Source: Candidatus Cloacimonadales bacterium (lineage in GTDB: Bacteria > Cloacimonadota > Cloacimonadia > Cloacimonadales > DAONDQ01). Taken from it: 64,000 bases of DNA. The notes under the pieces are model-generated. The model had not been told where the DNA came from and searched no databases. It saw nothing but the letters and a program-made list of their open reading frames with translations. The stretch covers positions 2,112,001 through 2,176,000 of the forward strand of contig OY759316.1 in the NCBI GenBank assembly GCA_963662275.1. The letters run 5' to 3'. This document shows positions 57,218-64,000 of the stretch, in pieces (the first letter of the stretch is position 1; each line of letters begins with the position of its first letter). The position numbers and the translations under genes were made by a program.

Positions 57218-58507
57218 TTAGAAGGAAGTTTTATCTACAAAGTTGAAATCTTTGATCAATATCGTAGGAATCATTGTTTCAGTATCTTGAAGAATACTCT
57301 CTCCAAGAGCCATTATTCTACGTGTAGCCTCATGTGGAATTTCGTTAAAACGGAAATTATTAACTGCTTTTACGACCTTACCATTTTCGAAATAGAGAAC
57401 TCCATCTCTTGTCATTCCGGTTAGCTCCCCTCGTTTTCGATCAATATCACGAATATACCAAAATCGATTAATGATTAAACCCATGCCGGCTATTTTCATC
57501 ATTTCTTGTTCAGTTGCATTTCCGCCATGAATATGTACATTAATAAAGTCAGGTATGTGTTTCAGTTTTTTTAGTTTCGCATAATAACGTGATACAGGCA
57601 TATTTTCCAATACTCCATTTTTTATCCAAGAAGTATTTTTCGACGGTATACCTTCATTTGAAAATCCAGGAGTATTTAGACCTTTTATCTGTGTATCTGA
57701 AGTTAGAGAAAACATCTTTCCGAACATTTCCTTCCCTATCTTATCTGTGAATGGTGTGAGACCGTCATCTGCTTCACGACGATCAAAGCCATAGAGCATG
57801 AATAAGAAAAATTCAACGACTGCATTTGGTCTTAATATGACGTTGTATTTTCCTGGTTCTAAGGAAGCAGGAGCTGTTAAACTATCAAATTGTTCATTTA
57901 GTTGATCGATTTGAGACTTCAGATCAAAATCATGATAATCAAGTACAGAATGTGAGACTTTAGTTTCTCTGTCATCCTTCTTCATGGTCATGGAGTGTTC
58001 AAACTTAGACTCACTATCTTTTCCGTAGAATCCATTCTTAGTGACTAAGAATCTTTCACTCAAATGATGTTCTGTCATTCCTGAAACGACTGCATCTTTC
58101 CCTATGGCATTTTCAATACACATGCGAACAAGTTCCACATGATCCTGTACTTTCAAGTTTTCCGTGGTTGTAAAATAATTCTGGTGTTCCTCGTACTCTG
58201 CAGCAGGTACAGATGGCATAAACTCAGGATCTACTTCACTTACTGAGGCAACTGTTTTTGCTTTTTGAATAAGCTGAAGAATACTCTGCTGATCTGTCTG
58301 GTTCGTTCGAGCTGATCCCCATTGAGGACCATATGCCAATTGAAGTAGAATATCTGAGTTTTTACCAGAAATATGCTGTGTTATTCTGTTTTGGGCAAAT
58401 CTTGTTTCAAGGCTATCATAAAAGCTAATACGTATTATGTAATCATCAGCATCGCAATTCTTTTTGATGAATTTGATGATAGAATCAATTCTGCTCTTGC
58501 TTATCAT
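57218..58507 (-). CDS. TldE/PmbA-like partner subunit
   Basis: 'TRFAQN.ITQ', 'LEPGKY.VIL.P.AV', 'LTGMTRDG...ENG....V.NFRFN'; ATGA overlap with tldD; no HExxxH. Confidence 0.8.
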   Translation of the reverse strand: MISKSRIDSIIKFIKKNCDADDYIIRISFYDSLETRFAQNRITQHISGKNSDILLQLAYGPQWGSARTNQTDQQSILQLIQKAKTVASVSEVDPEFMPSVPAAEYEEHQNYFTTTENLKVQDHVELVRMCIENAIGKDAVVSGMTEHHLSERFLVTKNGFYGKDSESKFEHSMTMKKDDRETKVSHSVLDYHDFDLKSQIDQLNEQFDSLTAPASLEPGKYNVILRPNAVVEFFLFMLYGFDRREADDGLTPFTDKIGKEMFGKMFSLTSDTQIKGLNTPGFSNEGIPSKNTSWIKNGVLENMPVSRYYAKLKKLKHIPDFINVHIHGGNATEQEMMKIAGMGLIINRFWYIRDIDRKRGELTGMTRDGVLYFENGKVVKAVNNFRFNEIPHEATRRIMALGESILQDTETMIPTILIKDFNFVDKTSF

Positions 58508-59946
58508 TGTGAACCTCCCACACGAATCTTCCTGAATCTTGCAGGCGAAGCTCCATGGGTCATACGACCTGTTTGAGAAGGTTGACCTTTCCCACAGTTG
58601 TTGACTCCCCATGCTTTCCAAAAACGCTGGTCACAAATTGCATCACAGCTATTCCAAAATTCAGGATTGTTGGATTTATATAGAACTTTCTTCAACATTC
58701 TGGTCTTCTTGCCATTTTTAATTTCCCAGAATAAATCTCCGCCAAATTGGAAATTAACACGATGTTGATCTATAGAAAAAGATCCCTGTCCTTCTATTAA
58801 AACACCATCCTCTGTATCCTCAATCAATTGGGCTGGAGTGAGTTCTTTCTTCCCTGCCTCTAAATACAGATTTGGAATACGATTGATTGGAAAATCATAA
58901 TAATAAGTAGCCCGACTGCATCCGCGGCTGAGTTTGCCTCCAATAAAGGGAATTGTATCACGAGTGCTGCCATATTCATTAAGAATACCGTCTTTAACTA
59001 TATACCATTTCTGGCTTGGTACTCCATCATCATCGTAACCGAGAGAAGCCAAACCATTCGGTAAAAGATTATCACCCAAAAAATTGACTATAGGAGAGCC
59101 ATATTGAAACTTCCCAAGCTTTTCAGGTGTTGCAAAGGATATACCTGCATAATCAGCTTCCCATCCTAGAACACGATCTAATTCAGTCGGATGACCAACA
59201 GACTCATGCATAGTAAGAGCTAGATTAGCAGGATCAAGGATAAGATCGCGCCTTTTCTCTTCCCCTAAATCACCCGCATGAACCTTCATTATTGCTTCTT
59301 CAGCAATCCGCGGTGCATTTTCCAGTAAACCTAATTCTTCCATATATTCCCAACCGGCATTCCTTCCACCTGGATTGAACGAACGAGTTTGGGAATCATC
59401 TTCAGCTACCGCAGTTGCAGCTATATATGGTGTGATATGTGTGTTCTTAATGATTAAATGAGTTCCTAGTGTAGAAGCAAAAATCTTATCGTTGGATTCC
59501 GTAACAACATAGCTTCTTACAACCTTGATCGGCTCATAGTTCAATAAAGTCCGATTCACTTCCAGCAGGTTATCGACTTTCTCTTTGATCGGAATCATGA
59601 AAGGATTGATTTTAACAGGAGACTCAAAAGAATCCTGGTAACTTCGTTCAGAAGCAAGAGTCAGCTTTAGATTCTTGTTGATTGAAGCTGAATTCTTGGC
59701 AATCAACACAGCTCTTTTCACTGTATCTTGAACTGCTTCAGGAGTAAAAACGTTGTTGTGGGCAAAACCCCAAGCTCCATTTTTGAAGACACGAATTCCA
59801 TACCCATATAATTCACCTTCATTAAGCGCTTTAACGCTTAGATTTCGAATGAAAATGACTTCAGTATGGCTTCGTTGAATACGGATATCTGCATATTCAG
59901 CACCAAGCTTGACCGCAGTATCCATGGCTAAGAGAGAATAATCCAT
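58504..59946 (-). CDS. tldD: TldD family metalloprotease
   Basis: 'GAEYADIR', 'GIRV...G.WGFA', HESVGH zinc motif, 'YDDDG', 'CGKGQP'; SD ggagg before ATG at 59946. Confidence 0.88.
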   Translation of the reverse strand: MDYSLLAMDTAVKLGAEYADIRIQRSHTEVIFIRNLSVKALNEGELYGYGIRVFKNGAWGFAHNNVFTPEAVQDTVKRAVLIAKNSASINKNLKLTLASERSYQDSFESPVKINPFMIPIKEKVDNLLEVNRTLLNYEPIKVVRSYVVTESNDKIFASTLGTHLIIKNTHITPYIAATAVAEDDSQTRSFNPGGRNAGWEYMEELGLLENAPRIAEEAIMKVHAGDLGEEKRRDLILDPANLALTMHESVGHPTELDRVLGWEADYAGISFATPEKLGKFQYGSPIVNFLGDNLLPNGLASLGYDDDGVPSQKWYIVKDGILNEYGSTRDTIPFIGGKLSRGCSRATYYYDFPINRIPNLYLEAGKKELTPAQLIEDTEDGVLIEGQGSFSIDQHRVNFQFGGDLFWEIKNGKKTRMLKKVLYKSNNPEFWNSCDAICDQRFWKAWGVNNCGKGQPSQTGRMTHGASPARFRKIRVGGSQ

Positions 59947-60090
59947 ATCGGTTCCTCCATAATAAGTTAGCACGTTATATTACACACATGTGCAATATAT
60001 ACATGCTTATGTTTAGCAGTCAAGATTTTTTTTAGTAAATGTAGAATAACACAAAAAGAATCGGAATCTTCCCTCAAGTCCACATATATG

Positions 60091-60199
60091 ATACCAAGTT
60101 CATACCAGTTTCAATCCTGTTTCATACCAAGCTCATGAGCTTGGTTTGAAACAGGTTTGGCTTTGGTTTGGACTTGCTTTTGTATAGCTATTATCTATG
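60091..60199 (+). repeat. Family B 11-bp-periodic fold-back element, copy 2
   Basis: Four units ataccaagttc, ataccagtttc, aatcctgtttc, ataccaagctc; centre ctcatgag; inverted units; tail shared with 18345-18370. Confidence 0.75.
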
Positions 60200-60415
60200 C
60201 GAAATTTATTAGTGATGTAAGTGGGTGTTAAATTAGTATAATTTAGTGGACATCAAACACAAAGAAGACGTATGCAGGAATCTTATCATTCACATAATCA
60301 TCTCTTCGCATACTAGTGTAGTAAAACATAATATCTATTTATATTTTACTGGCTATATTTCACTTGACATTAACTGATATGATATTATTAAATTGGCTCT
60401 ATATAAGGAGGTCTT

Positions 60416-61726
60416 ATGAAGAAGACAATGTTCTTAATCGTTTTCATCATCACTTCAAGCTTGTTATTGGGTCATTCAGTATCGCAAATTCATCAATGGA
60501 ATCATCGACACAAGGGATTCCCAGTCGTTCAAAGTAGAGATTCAAACCGTTCCTGGTTGCCTTCACAATGGACATATGAGTCCTTTGATACTTCCTGGTA
60601 TTTCGAAGAAAAAATGATTCATTCTTATAATTCAATTTATCCAACCCAAGTCGATTCAACTATTGATTACCTTACTAATGAATGGGGCGAGTGGTATGCA
60701 CATGGTATTTTTCGAATCTCGTATGATCCAACATTTCAATATATGACGGAGTTTCTCATTGAATGGATCGGAGAAGCTGATACAGGAGCGAGAATCCTGT
60801 TCACTTATGATAATCAGCATCGTCTTGTTTCAGAAATCGGGCAAGATAATACATTCGCCGGATACGTAGATAGTTTCAGGAATTATTGGGAATATTCAAA
60901 TGGTACAGAATTCACATACTATTATTGGAGTTATGATTCCAATCCTGCTTTTAATAAAGATATATATACATTCGATTCCGATGGAAGAATCCTGGAGGAT
61001 ATTGGACAAACATCAGCCGATTCCCTAAATTGGATCAACGATACGAAGAAGGTATACTCTTACAACCCAAATGATACATCAACAGGAAGTACTTTAGTCG
61101 ACTATTTTGCTACTACCTACACAAAAGAATGGTATAATAATATGTACTTCATGCCTTCCATATATGATGAAGTACTCGATTCAATATGGAATGGAAGTGA
61201 CTGGGTCTTATCCGGGAAACAAGTCAATACATACAATAATCAGAATCAGATGATTCAAACCCATTGGCTGTCATGGAATTCCGTTCTCAATGTTTGGGAT
61301 TATAACGATCGAGATGAATATACGTATGATAACAATGGAAATCTATCTACTGACGTATATAGCTATTGTGATTCTGATACAACAAATTGGCAATTTTCAG
61401 ATCGATATACATATTCCTGGATGCAGGGAACACAGAATGAAGATGTAACTGTCCCTGCTTCAAAGGAGATTCAATTGCATATTTATCCTAATCCGTTCTC
61501 AAAGGAACTGAACATTTCGAACCAATCAAAATCAAACCAAATGGTTAAATATCAGATATTTAACCTGAAAGGACAATTAGTCAGCACTTTCGATACAACG
61601 CCTAATACATCGATGATTTGGAATGGAAAGGATAAGGATGGCAGTAATGTCAGTTCAGGTATTTATTTCCTGAAAATGGAACAAGGAAAGAACAATCTAA
61701 CTTCACGATTCCTGAAAATAAAGTAG
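60416..61726 (+). CDS. Secreted beta-repeat protein with T9SS-like CTD, paralog 3
   Basis: Shares 'RSW', 'YNS..PT..DS', 'GRI.E...TSADS.NW', 'YTYD.NGN' with 22282 and 23721; CTD present; SD aggagg. Confidence 0.7.
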   Translation: MKKTMFLIVFIITSSLLLGHSVSQIHQWNHRHKGFPVVQSRDSNRSWLPSQWTYESFDTSWYFEEKMIHSYNSIYPTQVDSTIDYLTNEWGEWYAHGIFRISYDPTFQYMTEFLIEWIGEADTGARILFTYDNQHRLVSEIGQDNTFAGYVDSFRNYWEYSNGTEFTYYYWSYDSNPAFNKDIYTFDSDGRILEDIGQTSADSLNWINDTKKVYSYNPNDTSTGSTLVDYFATTYTKEWYNNMYFMPSIYDEVLDSIWNGSDWVLSGKQVNTYNNQNQMIQTHWLSWNSVLNVWDYNDRDEYTYDNNGNLSTDVYSYCDSDTTNWQFSDRYTYSWMQGTQNEDVTVPASKEIQLHIYPNPFSKELNISNQSKSNQMVKYQIFNLKGQLVSTFDTTPNTSMIWNGKDKDGSNVSSGIYFLKMEQGKNNLTSRFLKIK

Positions 61727-61739
61727 TTCCTCAAAGTAC

Positions 61740-61770
61740 ATGGGGAGTCACTATTACAGTGACTCCCCAT
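61740..61770. terminator. Hairpin between convergent genes
   Basis: atggggagtcac/gtgactccccat perfect 12-bp stem. Confidence 0.7.
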
Positions 61771-61832
61771 CTTACATGAAAGCAATGAGTTCCCCGAGTT
61801 TGCTTTTTCCTGGTTAAGTTTTTTAAAGAAAG

Positions 61833-62147
61833 TTATCGATCACAACCTCTGCGGCATTTCCTGGCACTATGGCTTCCCCCAAAAATAATACCTGCCCCTA
61901 ACACAAATCCAAAGTTATACCAGCCACCATTATTATGAACTTCATAGAACTGAATATTCTTCATAAAAAGTGAGAGAAAAAAGGTTATTGGTGAGATTAT
62001 ACCATGCCACAGACCTAACAGAAAACCTGCAACCTGCCCATTGGAACCAGGAATATTAGTCATGTTATTAGGTCCGGCAGCACATCCTGCAATGAAACTC
62101 ATGACCAGAAACAGGAAAAACATAAGAGCGAACGTTTTTATAGACAT
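61833..62147 (-). CDS. Small membrane lipoprotein of unknown function
   Basis: Lipobox IAGC; 'AGFLLGLWHG.I.P', 'YEVHN.GGWYNFGF.LG'. Confidence 0.7.
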   Translation of the reverse strand: MSIKTFALMFFLFLVMSFIAGCAAGPNNMTNIPGSNGQVAGFLLGLWHGIISPITFFLSLFMKNIQFYEVHNNGGWYNFGFVLGAGIIFGGSHSARKCRRGCDR

Positions 62148-62193
62148 TATATCTCCTTCGGATAATAATTATATTCAATTATGATCGCAAACT

Positions 62194-63516
62194 TCAAAAA
62201 TCAGTTAATTCTTGGTTATCAGTTTTTATCGTACTAGTATTCAGTTTTGCCATTCCGGTAATACAAGTTGCATGAACTCCGGCAAAATAGATCCAGACTA
62301 AATAATAGAACCTGATAGAACTGGGAAGAGCAGAAGCAGGTATAAACATCAATAGAGAGAAGAAATGGGCACGATAAATCGGACGCATGTCCTCCTCCCC
62401 TTTCTTGATTAAATGCCATAAACAATATAACCAATAGAGATACAAAAAAAGAAACCCCAGGAATATCATAATTCCAAAATCACCCAGGATTTCAAGTGAG
62501 TAATTATGTGGATTGGTCATACCACCTGCTCGCTGCATTCTACCATGCCTCATGATATCTTCAAAGTTTCCACTACCAACACCAACTAACCCATATTGAA
62601 CAAACATATCAATGCCTTCTTTAATCAACTGAACTCTGATTTTAATCGAACTCATTGATGCAGATTGTGATTCAGTATGAATACTTGTTATCTGTTCTTC
62701 AGCATATTTTCCTAAGGCATTCCAAATCACGGGATAATTATGTGCAAAATATAGTGGAATTATGATCAGCAAAGCAATAAAACCTATCTTAAGTGCTCTG
62801 GATGCCCAACGTACCAGGTAGATAATTCCTCCCAGCGCTATTGCTATCATTGCTATCCTGGCACCTTGTAGTATAATAATGATATAGATTGCTAAAATTA
62901 TAAGAATCGTCAGAGTACTGAGAAACCAGCCTTTATTTATACAAGTAGGGACCGTCAGATATGGAAGTAAAAGCAACCAGAAGGCAGCAAGCATGTTTTC
63001 CCCATAAAATGGACCTGTCGGATAGGGAAAAAAAGTACCAAACCATTTGGACGAGGGTAGGTGTTGTCCGCTGCTCAGTTCCCATATGGCTATTCCTAAA
63101 TAGACCATAACGACGATTTGGTAAAAAATAATTAGTAATTTTTGGTATTTTCGAACAAAAAAGAATTGAGTAAAGATGATAAATATTGGTACATAGCGGA
63201 TGATCAGAAAAGAATAATCCAGGACATGCTTTGAGTTATCAGCCCAAAGAATACTCAAAAAGCTATATGCTAACCAAATACAAAGAAAGAGATAAGCTTC
63301 AGATGTGCGTATGTCTAAGATTAAATTTCGCTTCCAGACAAAGTGAATGATAATGCAACTGCCTGCAAGTAAAGTAAATGCATAGATATTCAGACTTGAA
63401 AATACTGGAATAAACTCTAACAAGGCATAGATGAAACATAAGATAGCCAGGTAAGATTGCCAGCTAATTCCTGCGAGTTGCTTCTGATTTTCAACGTTAG
63501 AAGAAGCAAACAACAT
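62194..63516 (-). CDS. O-antigen ligase/polymerase (Wzy_C) family membrane protein
   Basis: Many hydrophobic helices; 'GAR.A', 'R..L...G.DM.....LVGVG.GNF', 'PHN..LEIL...G'. Confidence 0.8.
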   Translation of the reverse strand: MLFASSNVENQKQLAGISWQSYLAILCFIYALLEFIPVFSSLNIYAFTLLAGSCIIIHFVWKRNLILDIRTSEAYLFLCIWLAYSFLSILWADNSKHVLDYSFLIIRYVPIFIIFTQFFFVRKYQKLLIIFYQIVVMVYLGIAIWELSSGQHLPSSKWFGTFFPYPTGPFYGENMLAAFWLLLLPYLTVPTCINKGWFLSTLTILIILAIYIIIILQGARIAMIAIALGGIIYLVRWASRALKIGFIALLIIIPLYFAHNYPVIWNALGKYAEEQITSIHTESQSASMSSIKIRVQLIKEGIDMFVQYGLVGVGSGNFEDIMRHGRMQRAGGMTNPHNYSLEILGDFGIMIFLGFLFLYLYWLYCLWHLIKKGEEDMRPIYRAHFFSLLMFIPASALPSSIRFYYLVWIYFAGVHATCITGMAKLNTSTIKTDNQELTDF

Positions 63517-63521
63517 TATGG

Positions 63522-64000
63522 TTAATTTTTATGCTTGAAGGATAATTCAGTGATGATACTTCGAAACAACGACTTCTGACTTTCAGAGGAAAACACTAGG
63601 ATGATGGATAATACACATGCCAGGATAAATGCAGCCAGGGTAACTAAGATCACCGTCAAAGCACGTTTTGGTTTCGATTTTAATCCGGCTAGATTGGGTG
63701 AATCGATAATTTCCATTGAAGGCATATCTCTCAATTCTTCGATTTTAGCTGCTTCATATTGAGGATAAAGATACTCAAATATCTTTTTTTGGATCTCCAG
63801 ATTCATTTTTAATTGAGCAAAACGTAATGTTAAATCAGGAATAGCATCGATTTGAAGTAAATATTTAGGATTCAATTCCGAATGCTTACTTTCCAAATCC
63901 TTTACTCTTTCCGTGACTAATTCCTTCTTTTTTTGTAAAGCTACCATCTGGGGTGAGTCCATACTAAATGAAAGTTTAGCTATCTCGTATTCAAAATTTG
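63522..64000 (-). CDS. Polysaccharide chain-length determinant (Wzz/GumC-like), 5' end outside the window
   Basis: Coiled coil 'L..QYE.AKIEE', 'IIDSP......KPKR' followed by a TM helix; the frame is open to the window edge. Confidence 0.8.
   Translation of the reverse strand, partial: NFEYEIAKLSFSMDSPQMVALQKKKELVTERVKDLESKHSELNPKYLLQIDAIPDLTLRFAQLKMNLEIQKKIFEYLYPQYEAAKIEELRDMPSMEIIDSPNLAGLKSKPKRALTVILVTLAAFILACVLSIILVFSSESQKSLFRSIITELSFKHKN

Overview
This is an AT-rich bacterial chromosomal segment, most consistent with Candidatus Cloacimonadota. That assignment is inferred from the many signal-peptide proteins ending in 'YPNPFN...FNIKGQ...SSGVYF' T9SS/FlgD-like C-terminal domains and from the giant C25 peptidases. 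It contains: (i) a housekeeping block (coaBC, SDR, DUF3108, queA, biotin ligase, TPR protein); (ii) a secreted alpha-glucan utilisation set (two apparently non-catalytic starch-binding proteins and a GH57/GH119-like amylase); (iii) three paralogous secreted repeat proteins and a TPR-sigma54 activator; (iv) a very AT-rich accessory island at about 27.4-42.0 kb; (v) an extracellular endonuclease I, an LVIVD lipoprotein, two tandem ~1820-aa gingipain-like proteins, a TldD/TldE pair and the end of a polysaccharide locus. The best candidate for an undescribed system is the island's tightly coupled five-gene operon: Vsr, C5-cytosine methyltransferase, ParB-like protein, SNF2 helicase and DUF3883-type nuclease. 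It converges on a 274-aa HNH nuclease gene that is cleanly interrupted by an IS21 element (36380-39060, 5-bp target duplication ATTGC). The intergenic DNA is rich in small repeats: several REP-like hairpin families, heptamer tandem repeats, and two dispersed families of 11-bp-periodic fold-back elements. I found no rRNA, tRNA or CRISPR array. All family assignments come from reading motifs by eye, not from database searches.
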